This document shows, piece by piece, positions 47,773 through 57,403 of a stretch of DNA of 64,000 bases. This DNA comes from Gemmatimonadota bacterium (lineage in GTDB: Bacteria > Latescibacterota > UBA2968 > UBA8231): NCBI GenBank assembly GCA_038128265.1, contig JAYPJE010000003.1, forward strand, positions 1 to 64,000, in the 5' to 3' direction. How positions within the stretch are numbered: the first letter of the stretch is position 1; each line of letters begins with the position of its first letter. The notes beneath the pieces are model-generated. The model did no database searches. It was not told where the DNA came from and worked only from the letters and a program-made list of their open reading frames with translations. The translations under genes were made by a program, and so were the position numbers.

Positions 47773-50004
47773 ATGAGTTCTTCAAGTTGGAAAGAGGTGC
47801 TGGCCGGTCGAATGGCCGATGATCTGGCCGAAGAAATTGACATCTTCGAGACGCAGATCCACCTGCGCAAGCAGGGCAAAATAGAAGAAAAACTCTTTGC
47901 AGAAACGCGCCTGCGCCGCGGCGCCTACGGTCAGCGTTACGACAACGGCCAGCGCTACGATGGTTCTAAAACGCAGCTGCTGCGCTATCCCGACGTGCCG
48001 ACCAAAGGCCCCGATACCGTGTGGGACGCGCCCGGCATGATGCGCATTAAGATTCCCTTCGGCGGACTGAGCTGCGAGCAAATGGAAGTGCTTGCGGATT
48101 TGGCCGAGGAATACTCCGACGAGATACTCCATATCACCACGCGTCAGGACATCCAGCTGCACTACGTCCACATCGACGATACGCCGGATCTCATGCGCCG
48201 CTTGGGCGCCGTTGGCATCACGACGCGCGAAGCCTGCGGCAATTCCGTGCGCAATATCACCGCCTGTCCGCTGTCCGGCATCTGCCATACCGAACTCTTT
48301 GACGTTACGCCCTATGCGCAGGCGACAATGCGCTTTCTGCTCGGACACGAAGATTGCCAAGACTTTGGTCGCAAATTCAAAATTGCCTTTTCCGGCTGCC
48401 GCCACGAAGCCTGCGGGCTGGCCAATATGCACGATATGGGCGCGGTAGCCGCCGTGCGCGAAGTCGACGGCGTGCAGCAGCGCGGCTTTGAGCTCTACGT
48501 CGGTGGCGGCCTCGGCGCCGTGCCACACCAGGCCCAGCTCTATAGCGAATTTCTTCCCGAAGAAGAGCTCTTACCGACCGCGCAGGCCATTGCCCGCGTA
48601 TTTGCCCGCCTCGGCGAGAAGCGCAACCGCAACCGGGCGCGCATCAAATTCCTCATTGCCAAGATTGGCATTGAAGAGTTTCGCCGCCTGGTCGAAGAGG
48701 AGCGCAAGATCCTGCCCCCCGACCCGCGCTGGACAGCGTACTTAGGCGATCTCAATGCCTATGACGAAGAGCCGCTAAAGGAGGCGCAGCCACTCAACGG
48801 CGCCCCACAGGAAGCCGACTTTGTCGAGTGGAAGCGCACCAACGTCTATCCCCAACGCCAAAGCGGCTATAGCGCGGCTACCATCGCCCTGCCGCTGGGC
48901 GATCTGACGTCGCGCCAAATGCGCCAGCTCGTGTCTATCTGCAGCCAGTACGTCAAGGACACCGTGCGCACCACGGTCGAACAGAACATCGTGCTGCGCT
49001 GGGTGAGCGATGCCGACCTGCCCTCGCTCTTTGCGGCGCTCAAAGCGGCTGGGCTCGCCCAACCCGGAGCGGGCACCATGGTCGATATCACCTCTTGCCC
49101 TGGGACCGACACCTGCAAGCTGGGCATCGCCTCGTCACGCGGCCTAGCGGCCGAACTCCGCAAGCGTTTAGCGATCAAGGGCACTCAGCTCGACGTGGCC
49201 ATCGAAGGCCTGCGCATCAAGATCAGCGGCTGTTTTAACTCCTGCGGCCAGCACCACGCCGCCGACATTGGCTTCTACGGCAACAGCCGTAAAATCAACG
49301 GTATTACCGTGCCTCATTTCCAGGTGGTGTTAGGCGGCCAGTGGCGAGAGAATGCAGGCTCATTTGGCCTAGCTATGGGCGCGGTCCCGTCAAAGAACAT
49401 ACCCGATGTCGTCGACCGCCTGGCCCAGCGCTTTATCGAAGAGCGCCAGAAAGACGAATCCTTTCAGGACTATATCCAGCGCATGGGCAAGCGCGATATC
49501 AAAGCCATGCTCGACGACCTAACGCTGGTCCCTGCATTTGAGGAAAACTCCTGGTACTATCAAGACTGGGGCGATACGCGCACCTACACCATAGACGATC
49601 TGGGCAAGGGCGAGTGTGCCGGCGAAGTGGTTTCGGCAACGGTAATGGAAATCGCTTCGGCCGAACGCGAGGTCTTTGAAGCGCAGGTCGCCTTAGAAGA
49701 GGGACAGGTCGACCGCGCGACACAGGGAGCGTATCGCGCCATCGTGCGCTCGGCGCGCGCGCTCGTCCGCGAGCAGTACTACGACGTCCCCGACAGTGCC
49801 GATGCAGTGGTCGGCGAATTCCGCACCCGCTTTTTCGAGAGCGAACTGTTTTCGCTGCAATTTGCCAACTACTTCTTCACCGCACATCAGGAGGGGACCG
49901 CTGGGCTGGACGCCACGGCCGCACACCGACGCATCGAAGAAGCGCAGCTGTTTATAGAAGGGGCTTATACCTGCTATGATAAAATCGCTGCGCAACCAGC
50001 CTGA
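47773..50004 (+). CDS. Ferredoxin-dependent sulfite/nitrite reductase with C-terminal HEPN-like domain
   Basis: TTRQDIQLH, RKFKIAFSG and siroheme/4Fe-4S cysteines CPGTDTC...GCFNSCGQH. Confidence 0.92.
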   Translation: MSSSSWKEVLAGRMADDLAEEIDIFETQIHLRKQGKIEEKLFAETRLRRGAYGQRYDNGQRYDGSKTQLLRYPDVPTKGPDTVWDAPGMMRIKIPFGGLSCEQMEVLADLAEEYSDEILHITTRQDIQLHYVHIDDTPDLMRRLGAVGITTREACGNSVRNITACPLSGICHTELFDVTPYAQATMRFLLGHEDCQDFGRKFKIAFSGCRHEACGLANMHDMGAVAAVREVDGVQQRGFELYVGGGLGAVPHQAQLYSEFLPEEELLPTAQAIARVFARLGEKRNRNRARIKFLIAKIGIEEFRRLVEEERKILPPDPRWTAYLGDLNAYDEEPLKEAQPLNGAPQEADFVEWKRTNVYPQRQSGYSAATIALPLGDLTSRQMRQLVSICSQYVKDTVRTTVEQNIVLRWVSDADLPSLFAALKAAGLAQPGAGTMVDITSCPGTDTCKLGIASSRGLAAELRKRLAIKGTQLDVAIEGLRIKISGCFNSCGQHHAADIGFYGNSRKINGITVPHFQVVLGGQWRENAGSFGLAMGAVPSKNIPDVVDRLAQRFIEERQKDESFQDYIQRMGKRDIKAMLDDLTLVPAFEENSWYYQDWGDTRTYTIDDLGKGECAGEVVSATVMEIASAEREVFEAQVALEEGQVDRATQGAYRAIVRSARALVREQYYDVPDSADAVVGEFRTRFFESELFSLQFANYFFTAHQEGTAGLDATAAHRRIEEAQLFIEGAYTCYDKIAAQPA

Positions 50005-50018
50005 GAGAGATAATCACC

Positions 50019-50597
50019 ATGGATGAATTACAGCGCATCAACGTAAAGCTCTACCTGCGCGATGCAGACAGCCTGTCCAGCGAAGTGGCCTTTCGCATTT
50101 TTAATGCGTGGATTGCCGCGAGCAACGACGAAGTGCTCGTCGACGTGGCCGACTACAGTCACGTCGGGCATGGCCCAGAAACCATTCTCATCGGACACGA
50201 GGCCAATTACAGCCTCGACAGCGACGGCGGAGAAACCGGCTTGCTGTACGCGCGCAAACAGGCCCAGAGCGGCACCGTGCAGGAGCGACTGCGCGGCGCG
50301 CTGACGGCCGCCCTGCGCGCCTGTCGGCGACTCGAGACCGAACCCGAACTGGCCGACAAAGTTTCCTTTCGCGGCGGCGATATTCTGGTTACGGCCAACG
50401 ACCGCCTGCTGGCACCCAATACCGATGAGGGCGAACGCGATCTACGCACCGCACTGGAGCCCGTTCTCGACGAGCTCTTTGCCGGCTCTCAATACGTCGT
50501 CGAACGCGATGTTTCAAGCGGCGAACGGCTCAATCTGCGCGTGCGGGCAGAAGGCGATTTTAGCGCCGAAATCCTGCTGGCTAATCTGGCCGCCTAA
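50019..50597 (+). CDS. Hypothetical protein, probably co-transcribed with the reductase
   Basis: 192-aa ORF 14 nt after the reductase stop; VDVADYSHV and NDRLLAPNT segments look conserved. Confidence 0.75.
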   Translation: MDELQRINVKLYLRDADSLSSEVAFRIFNAWIAASNDEVLVDVADYSHVGHGPETILIGHEANYSLDSDGGETGLLYARKQAQSGTVQERLRGALTAALRACRRLETEPELADKVSFRGGDILVTANDRLLAPNTDEGERDLRTALEPVLDELFAGSQYVVERDVSSGERLNLRVRAEGDFSAEILLANLAA

Positions 50598-50682
50598 AGG
50601 TGCTTGACAAAAGCAACGGCCGCGCTATCTTTGCGATTGATTAGACGCTTTCGGCAAAGAAAGACCCTTCTAGGAGGAACCT

Positions 50683-50997
50683 ATGGCCTACTATATCACC
50701 GAAACCTGCATCGACGTAAAAGACAAAGCCTGCGTCGAAGTTTGCCCCGTCGACTGCATCCACCCAACGGATGGCGAAGGCGAGCCCATGCTCTATATCG
50801 ATCCGGATGAGTGCATTGACTGCGGCGCCTGCGAACCCGAATGTCCGGTAGAGGCGATTTTCGCCGAAGAGGATATGCCTGAAGATCAGGGGCGTTTTGT
50901 CGACGTAAACACCAAGTATTTCGAACTGCGCGACAACCCCGATGAGTGGGCTAAGTGGAAGGAAGAGCACGCAGCCGACTTTGAGAAAAAGGGCTAG
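50683..50997 (+). CDS. Dicluster (7Fe/8Fe, FdxA-like) ferredoxin
   Basis: CIDVKDKACVEVCPVDC and CIDCGACEPECP; AGGAGG RBS; TTGACA-16-TATCTT upstream. Confidence 0.95.
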   Translation: MAYYITETCIDVKDKACVEVCPVDCIHPTDGEGEPMLYIDPDECIDCGACEPECPVEAIFAEEDMPEDQGRFVDVNTKYFELRDNPDEWAKWKEEHAADFEKKG

Positions 50998-51020
50998 CGC
51001 ATCGCTCTATAGCCAACGCG

Positions 51021-51054
51021 AGCCGGGACATCATCGATGTCCCGGCTTTTTTTT
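51021..51054 (+). terminator. Intrinsic terminator after the ferredoxin gene
   Basis: AGCCGGGACATC-ATC-GATGTCCCGGCT followed by a T-run. Confidence 0.85.
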
Positions 51055-51125
51055 GCGCTTGACGCCCAGCCCGGGGCTGGGCTTATTCTGCACTTCCATA
51101 TTCTACAGACGGAGTTTCTACCACC

Positions 51126-52172
51126 ATGGCGAAAAAGCCTCCTGCGCCCAAGCGCGCGCCAAAGAAAACCGCCCCAAAAAAGGCAGCCAAAACGCGGCGC
51201 GGTGCCAGCCTGCGCGCACCGGCCGATACCCTGTGGTTAATGTACCGCAAAATGAGCGAGATCCGCCTCTTTGAGGAACACGTATGGGACGTTTACACGC
51301 GCGGCCTCATGCCGGGACTGGCCCATCTCTACATCGGTGAAGAAGCGGTAGCGGTCGGCACCTGCACCGCTCTGCGCGACGACGATTATATAACGAGCAC
51401 GCACCGCGGCCACGGACACTGCCTGGCCAAAGGAGGCCAACTCGACCGCATGATGGCCGAAATCATGGGTAAGGAGGCGGGCTACTGCCGCGGCAAGGGC
51501 GGCTCCATGCACATCGCCGATATGTCGGTGGGCATTCTGGGCGCCAACGGCATTGTCGGCGGTGGATTCGGCATCGCCACTGGAGCGGCACTCTCGGCCA
51601 AACTGCGCGGCAGCGACCAGGTCTCCGTCTGCTTTTTTGGCGACGGCGCCTCCAACCAGGGCATCATGCTGGAAACCGTCAATATGGCAGCGGCTTGGGA
51701 CCTTCCCGCCCTCTACATATGCGAAAACAACCAGTACGGTGAGCACACCCCCTACCAGGCGGTGACGGGCGTAGAAGACATCGCCGACCGCGCCAAGGGC
51801 CTGGGCTTAGAGGGCATAATCGTCGATGGTTCGGACGTATTAGGCATGCACGAGTGCGTGCAGCAGGCCGTGGCCAAAGCGCGCGCGGGCGGCGGCCCTA
51901 CGCTCATCGAAGCGAAGACCTACCGCTTCCACGGGCACCACGTCGGCGACGCCATGACCTACCGCACGCGCGACGAGGCCGAGTGGTGGCGCACCAACAA
52001 AGACCCCATAAAATTGCTCGGCGATTACATGATCGAACAGGCCGTGGCCAAGCAGGAAGAGTTGGACGCCGTATACAAGCAGGTGGAAGGCGAGGTGCTG
52101 GCGGCCATTGAGTTTGGCAAAGACGCCCCCCTACCCCCTCCCGAACAAGCCTACGAGGATCTCTATGCCTGA
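51126..52172 (+). CDS. TPP-dependent dehydrogenase E1 alpha subunit (AcoA/PdhA-like)
   Basis: HLYIGEEA, STHRGHGH, GKGGSMH, FFGDGA...ENNQY, TYRFHGH. Confidence 0.93.
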   Translation: MAKKPPAPKRAPKKTAPKKAAKTRRGASLRAPADTLWLMYRKMSEIRLFEEHVWDVYTRGLMPGLAHLYIGEEAVAVGTCTALRDDDYITSTHRGHGHCLAKGGQLDRMMAEIMGKEAGYCRGKGGSMHIADMSVGILGANGIVGGGFGIATGAALSAKLRGSDQVSVCFFGDGASNQGIMLETVNMAAAWDLPALYICENNQYGEHTPYQAVTGVEDIADRAKGLGLEGIIVDGSDVLGMHECVQQAVAKARAGGGPTLIEAKTYRFHGHHVGDAMTYRTRDEAEWWRTNKDPIKLLGDYMIEQAVAKQEELDAVYKQVEGEVLAAIEFGKDAPLPPPEQAYEDLYA

Positions 52173-53151
52173 ACGTGAAATGCTCTTTCGCGAAGCGATC
52201 GCCGAAGCCATGCGCGAGGAAATGCGGCGCGATGCTTCCGTCTTTCTCATTGGTGAAGACGTTGGTCCATCGGGTGGTATCTTCAAATGCTGCGAAGGTC
52301 TGTTCGACGAATTTGGACCGCAGCGCGTTCTCGATGCGCCGATTGCCGAAGCCGGCTATATTGGCCTTAGTGTCGGCGCCGCCATGACCGAAATGCGCCC
52401 TATCGCCGAGCTCATGTTCGGTGACTTTGCGCTGTTGGCAATGGACCAAATTGTCAATCAGGCGGCCAAGATCCGCTATATGACGGGTGGCCAGTGTAAG
52501 GTGCCGATGACCATTCGCCTGGCGATGGGCGCCGGACGCTCTTCGGCCGCCCAGCACTCACAGAGTCTACAGGCCATTTTCGCCCACGTGCCAGGGCTCA
52601 AGGTCGCCGTGCCCTCAACGCCGCGCGACGCTAAAGGCCTGCTCAAAAGCGCGATCCGCGACGACAACCCCGTGCTGTTTTTCGAAGACAAGATGATGTA
52701 TAACGACAAGGGCGCCGTGCCCGAGGAAGATGATTTTATCATTCCATTCGGGCAGGCCGAAGTAAAGCGAGCGGGCACCGACGCCACCATTGTCGCCACC
52801 TCGAGCATGGTGGCCGTCGCGCTGGCCGCAGCCGACCAACTGGCCCAAGAAGGCCTGGATGTCGAGGTCGTTGATCCGCGCACGCTGATGCCCTTAGACG
52901 AGGAAACAATTGTTGCATCGGTGCGCAAAACGGGGTATGCGCTCGTCGTCGACGAGGCGCCGCAGAGCTACGGCGCCACCGCTGAAATTGCGGCGCGCAT
53001 CGGCGAGCAAGCGTTCGATTACCTAGATGCGCCAGTCCTGCGTATTGGCGCAGCCGACCTGCCCATCCCCTTTAGCCCGCCGCTGGAATTTCCCACCATA
53101 CCCGATGTCGACCGCGTCGTCGGCGCAATTAAAGCGCAGCGGGGACGCTGA
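52165..53151 (+). CDS. TPP-dependent dehydrogenase E1 beta subunit
   Basis: GEDVG, DAPIAE, DQIVNQAAK, AQHSQ, DPRTLMPLD; ATG at 52165. Confidence 0.93.
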   Translation: MPEREMLFREAIAEAMREEMRRDASVFLIGEDVGPSGGIFKCCEGLFDEFGPQRVLDAPIAEAGYIGLSVGAAMTEMRPIAELMFGDFALLAMDQIVNQAAKIRYMTGGQCKVPMTIRLAMGAGRSSAAQHSQSLQAIFAHVPGLKVAVPSTPRDAKGLLKSAIRDDNPVLFFEDKMMYNDKGAVPEEDDFIIPFGQAEVKRAGTDATIVATSSMVAVALAAADQLAQEGLDVEVVDPRTLMPLDEETIVASVRKTGYALVVDEAPQSYGATAEIAARIGEQAFDYLDAPVLRIGAADLPIPFSPPLEFPTIPDVDRVVGAIKAQRGR

Positions 53152-54068
53152 TGGCCAATCCAGTTTGTCTGATAAGCGGTTCGAGCAGCGGCATTGGCGC
53201 AGCAACAGTGGAACACTTTGCGCGCCACGGCTACGACGTGGTGGTCAACTACAATTCTGGCCGCGAGCGCGGTGAGGCCGTCGCCGAGCGCATTCGCAGC
53301 GAGTGCGGCGTGCAGGCGCTGGTGATAGGCGCCGACCTGTCGCAACCGGAAGCGGCGTTTTCCCTCGTCGACCAAACCTATCAGCACTTTGGCCGCCTAG
53401 ACGTGAGCATCAGCAACAGCGGCGTGGCCAATTACATTAAAGACGAAGCGGGCAACCTACTGCGCTACCCCTTCCGCGACACGCCGGTCGAACACCTCGA
53501 CCGGGAGATGGAGCGCGTGCTATCGCTCAATCTCATGGGTGCCTATCGCCTCGCACAGCGCTCGCTCCACTATATGATCGAACAGGCAGAGGCGGAAGCG
53601 GCCCGCGGCGAAACGGCGCGCCATCGCAGCATTCTCTTTGTGACCTCCATATCGGATATCGCGCCCGAGACCACGCGCATTCCCTACGGAGTGAGCAAAT
53701 CCGGGCTCAATCACGCCATTCTCGGCGCCGCGCTCGACGGCGGTCCGCACAACGTCACCGTTAACGGCCTGCGCCCCGGCGTCGTCGATACCCCACTGAC
53801 CGCTCGCCCCTCCGGTGTCTGCGACCCCGTTGACGGGCACGAGTATACCGTAGCCGAGACCTATGGCCTGATGGCCGAAGGGGGCGCTCAGCCCATCCGC
53901 CGCATCGGCACGCCGGAAGACATTGCCCACGCGGCATACGCCTTTTGCCAGATTCCCTATATGACCGGCCAGCTAGTCGCCGTCGACGGCGGCTTTACTC
54001 TGGCTGGCACCTTTGCCAACCGCGCGCTCTTTCTACAGGAAGGCCTTCGGCTCCGCCAGCAGGCCTAG
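53151..54068 (+). CDS. SDR-family oxidoreductase
   Basis: SGSSSGIG, NSG, YGVSK, VNGLRPG, VDGG. Confidence 0.9.
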   Translation: MANPVCLISGSSSGIGAATVEHFARHGYDVVVNYNSGRERGEAVAERIRSECGVQALVIGADLSQPEAAFSLVDQTYQHFGRLDVSISNSGVANYIKDEAGNLLRYPFRDTPVEHLDREMERVLSLNLMGAYRLAQRSLHYMIEQAEAEAARGETARHRSILFVTSISDIAPETTRIPYGVSKSGLNHAILGAALDGGPHNVTVNGLRPGVVDTPLTARPSGVCDPVDGHEYTVAETYGLMAEGGAQPIRRIGTPEDIAHAAYAFCQIPYMTGQLVAVDGGFTLAGTFANRALFLQEGLRLRQQA

Positions 54069-54103
54069 CGCATTAAGCAATACGCCCCCATCGAACGCAA
54101 AAC

Positions 54104-54136
54104 GCCGCCGATGCCCGCCGGCATCGGCGGCTTTTT
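54104..54136 (+). terminator. Intrinsic terminator between SDR and ABC ATPase genes
   Basis: GCCGCCGATGCC-CGCC-GGCATCGGCGGC followed by TTTTT. Confidence 0.85.
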
Positions 54137-54152
54137 GCTCCATTTCCACTGC

Positions 54153-54905
54153 TCAGTGCTCTTTGATGCTACCGACCTGAATCTCGATTTCTTCGCGATT
54201 GGCCACGCGCTCGAGCATGCCGTCGCGGATCCACGCCATGCGATCGGCCGCCGTTAGCATCTTATCGTCGTGGGTCACGGTAATAATCGTCGTGCCCATC
54301 TCCTGCTGCAGATTCTTCATATAGTTAATGATCTCTTGCCCGGTATTGCTGTCCAAATTACCCGTCGGCTCGTCGGCCAAAATAATGCGCGGCTTGTTTA
54401 CAAACGCACGCGCTATGGCCACGCGCTGCTGCTGACCGCCAGACAGCTCGGAGGGAATGTGGTGGGCGCGCTCGCCCAAGCCGACGATTTCCAAACACTC
54501 CATGGCGCGCTTTTCGCCTTCCTCGGTGCTCATTCCGGCAAAAACCGTCGGCAGCGCCACATTCATCAGCGCACTCATAACGGGCAGCAGGTTGTAGGTC
54601 TGAAAGATATAGCCCAGCTCAAAGCAGCGCACCGCCGCCAGCTGCTGGGGGCTCAGGGCCGCCAGATTGACTCCGTCAATGCGCACCTCGCCCCCCGTCG
54701 GGGTCTGCAAGGCACCTATCATATTGAACAGCGTGCTCTTGCCCGATCCGGAAGGGCCCATGATCGCAAAAAACTCGTTCTCGTACACCTCAACCGACAA
54801 ACCGCGCAACGCGTGCACGTGAGTCGACTCGTCGCGACTCTTGGAGTTGTACACCATTTTCACGTCCTGAACATCGACGATGACGCTGCGTCCGGTCCCA
54901 GACAT
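54153..54905 (-). CDS. ABC transporter ATP-binding protein (LolD/MacB-like)
   Basis: [41 protein letters not shown]-17-TAGATT upstream (55004-54976). Confidence 0.93.
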   Translation of the reverse strand: MSGTGRSVIVDVQDVKMVYNSKSRDESTHVHALRGLSVEVYENEFFAIMGPSGSGKSTLFNMIGALQTPTGGEVRIDGVNLAALSPQQLAAVRCFELGYIFQTYNLLPVMSALMNVALPTVFAGMSTEEGEKRAMECLEIVGLGERAHHIPSELSGGQQQRVAIARAFVNKPRIILADEPTGNLDSNTGQEIINYMKNLQQEMGTTIITVTHDDKMLTAADRMAWIRDGMLERVANREEIEIQVGSIKEH

Positions 54906-55124
54906 AGCTGCTTTACCTTCCCACACTCGATATGTGATTACGTCAGTTCTACCCCATACGGAAACAAACGGCTCCAATCTAAGGATGGGGCGACGCCAAG
55001 TCAACTAGGGTCCGTGCCCGTCGCATGCAACGAATACTGCCATCTAATCGCCCTATTCTGCCGCAATTTGCAGCAAAAATTAAACAACTGATCAAACATG
55101 CCGATAGTATCAACAAGAAATAAC

Positions 55125-55154
55125 TTGACTCTAAACATTACTATTTAGTATAAT
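55125..55154 (+). promoter_or_regulatory. sigma70-type promoter with dyad in the spacer
   Basis: TTGACT-18-TATAAT; spacer bounded by CTAAA/TTTAG. Confidence 0.65.
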
Positions 55155-55221
55155 ACCACAGATTGATCCCTGACGGTTGGGAAACGCGCCTATAAAGCGC
55201 TTCCCACACGAGGAGAGCACC

Positions 55222-55908
55222 ATGACAGAGAGTGAACAACTCATTGATATACAAGAAGTTGCGGATACTTTTGGCAAATCAGTCGAATCGATCCGTAAAT
55301 ACAAAAACTTCGGCATAATCCGGGTCTCCGACAAACGCGGCAACAAAGATCTATTTGATCGCGGAGAGATCATGGAAATTCGCGGACGCCTGCGCGAATT
55401 GCGCCTCAAAGGCCTGTCCCTAGCCCAGATAGCCGACCAGCTCGATCTGGCCCGCGCCGAAGAGTTGGGCGTCGAAGTCCCATCCCAGCTGACTCCGGGC
55501 CAGCCGCCCGCCGTCGAAGCCGGTAAACCGCTAAAGGTGCTACTGGTCGATGATGAGACGGAAGTCCGCGCCGGCTTGCGCGAGTTCCTCGAAGGCCTCG
55601 ACTACGCCATCTGCGAAGCGGCCGACGGCGAAGAAGCACTGGCCAAGACGTTCACGGAAAAGCCCCACCTGATCCTGCTGGATCTGCGCCTTCCCAAACT
55701 GGACGGCTACCAGGTCTGCCAGACGCTCAAGGGCAACCCCATTACTTCGGGGATTCCGATCATTATGGTCAGCGCGCTCAACTCGGCACCCAACAGGATA
55801 AAGGGCATCGAGCACGGAGCAGACGACTACGTCGACAAGCCCTTTGACTTAGAAGAGCTAGCCGCGCGCATCAAAATGGTCACCCGGCGCCTCGGCATCG
55901 GTGTCTGA
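55222..55908 (+). CDS. Response regulator with N-terminal MerR-type HTH and C-terminal receiver domain
   Basis: IQEVADTFGKSVESIRKY...GLSLAQI, then LLVDDE, LLDLRLP.LDG, GADDYVDKPF; AGGAG RBS. Confidence 0.88.
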   Translation: MTESEQLIDIQEVADTFGKSVESIRKYKNFGIIRVSDKRGNKDLFDRGEIMEIRGRLRELRLKGLSLAQIADQLDLARAEELGVEVPSQLTPGQPPAVEAGKPLKVLLVDDETEVRAGLREFLEGLDYAICEAADGEEALAKTFTEKPHLILLDLRLPKLDGYQVCQTLKGNPITSGIPIIMVSALNSAPNRIKGIEHGADDYVDKPFDLEELAARIKMVTRRLGIGV

Positions 55909-56106
55909 GGATCCATCTTCCTCTAGGTCGACAAAGTGCTCGACGTGGCCACACTGCGAGCAGATATAAACCGCTGCTGACACTTCGCGCACGCGTCCAT
56001 CCCGGTCGTTGTACAGGCGATACACGGCCGCAGGCACGGGGTATGCCTCTTCGAAGTCCTGGCCGCCACACTGGCCGCAGCTAACGGTAAAATCGCCTTC
56101 ATACAT
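55858..56106 (-). CDS. Small zinc-ribbon protein
   Basis: CGQCG...YICSQCGHVEHF; GGGG RBS-like tract; 3' overlap with the regulator. Confidence 0.65.
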   Translation of the reverse strand: MYEGDFTVSCGQCGGQDFEEAYPVPAAVYRLYNDRDGRVREVSAAVYICSQCGHVEHFVDLEEDGSSDTDAEAPGDHFDARG

Positions 56107-56272
56107 GGGCAACCGCCCCCCTAGCGGGACGAGCGGCGTCCCGCATACTCCGGTGTGCAGACGCCGCTCGTCCTGTATTGGTCTCTTGCATACACACTCT
56201 CTCCTTGCATATTTTCAAAAACGTCCCTGGGCCGCCCTCTGCGGCCCTCCCATATTCTTCACGGTAGGTGCT

Positions 56273-57397
56273 ATGCAAACGCCACAAGTAGGCCGCTTCG
56301 TCCTCGTTGCTCTATTGGCCCTAAGCAGCGCGCTGCACGCCCAAGAAGCACAGAATAGCGAGCGCCACGAATTTCGCATTGAAGCCTTTGTCCAAGACCT
56401 AGGTATCCCCTGGGGCATGGCCTTTCTGCCCGACGGACGCCTGCTCATCAGCGAACGCGAGGGGCGCTTGCGCATCGCCGACGCCAATGGCCAGCTTTCC
56501 GCCCCGCTGGACAACGTGCCGCCCGTGCGCGCCGAAGGCCAGGGTGGCCTGCTCGACGTCGCCCTGCACCCGCAGTATGCCGACAACGGCTGGATCTATA
56601 TCTCGTACTCGCAGTTGCGCAGCGACGGCGACAGCTTTACCGCCATCGCGCGGGGCCAATTGGAGGGCAATGCGCTGACCAATGTCAAGCTGATCTACCA
56701 GGGACCGAGCGACGATTTCTCGGGACATGCCCACCACTACGGATCGCGCATCATTTTTGACGCCGACAACTACCTGTTTTTCTCCGTCGGCGACCGCGGC
56801 CAGCGCCCCGAAGCCCAGCTGCTGACGACGGCCAACGGCAAAATCCACCGTCTGCACGACGACGGGCGCATTCCCGAAGACAACCCCTTTGTCGGCCGGG
56901 ATGACGCTCTGCCCACCATCTGGTCGTATGGCCATCGAAATCCGCAGGGACTGGCCATCCACCCGCAGACGGGCGAAATCTGGGAAACAGAGCACGGACC
57001 GCGCGGCGGCGACGAATTAAACCGCATTGTCAAAGGGGAGAACTTCGGCTGGCCCGCCATCACCTACGGCATCAACTACAACGGCACGCCCATAACCGAC
57101 AAGACGCACGGCGAAGGCATGCTGCAGCCCCACTACTACTGGCTGCCCTCCATCGGAGTGTGCGCCATTGAATTTTACGAAGGCGATGCCTTTTCGCGCT
57201 GGCGCGACAACCTGCTGGTTGCCTCGCTGGCCTTCGGCAGACTGCATCGCCTGCAGCTGGAAGAGGGACGCGTCCTGCACGACGAAATCGTCTTCGAGAG
57301 CGGACGCCTGCGCGACATAGAGACCGGACCCGACGGCCTGGTCTATCTGGCACTGGAAAAACCAGGACGTATCGTCCGCCTCGTGCCGGCCGACTAA
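56273..57397 (+). CDS. PQQ-dependent aldose sugar dehydrogenase (YliI/GSDH family), secreted
   Basis: Signal peptide; PWGMAFLPDG, GQGGLLDV, YGHRNPQG, EHGPRGGDELN, NFGWP. Confidence 0.93.
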   Translation: MQTPQVGRFVLVALLALSSALHAQEAQNSERHEFRIEAFVQDLGIPWGMAFLPDGRLLISEREGRLRIADANGQLSAPLDNVPPVRAEGQGGLLDVALHPQYADNGWIYISYSQLRSDGDSFTAIARGQLEGNALTNVKLIYQGPSDDFSGHAHHYGSRIIFDADNYLFFSVGDRGQRPEAQLLTTANGKIHRLHDDGRIPEDNPFVGRDDALPTIWSYGHRNPQGLAIHPQTGEIWETEHGPRGGDELNRIVKGENFGWPAITYGINYNGTPITDKTHGEGMLQPHYYWLPSIGVCAIEFYEGDAFSRWRDNLLVASLAFGRLHRLQLEEGRVLHDEIVFESGRLRDIETGPDGLVYLALEKPGRIVRLVPAD

Positions 57398-57403
57398 CAT
57401 CGC

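Noticed and set aside
49620..50004. HEPN-like tail as a toxin RNase
   Set aside because: No clear R-x4-6-H motif and no adjacent nucleotidyltransferase antitoxin.
56009..56272. Upstream extension of the GSDH ORF
   Set aside because: Overlaps the opposite-strand zinc-ribbon ORF; signal peptide and RBS fit ATG 56273.
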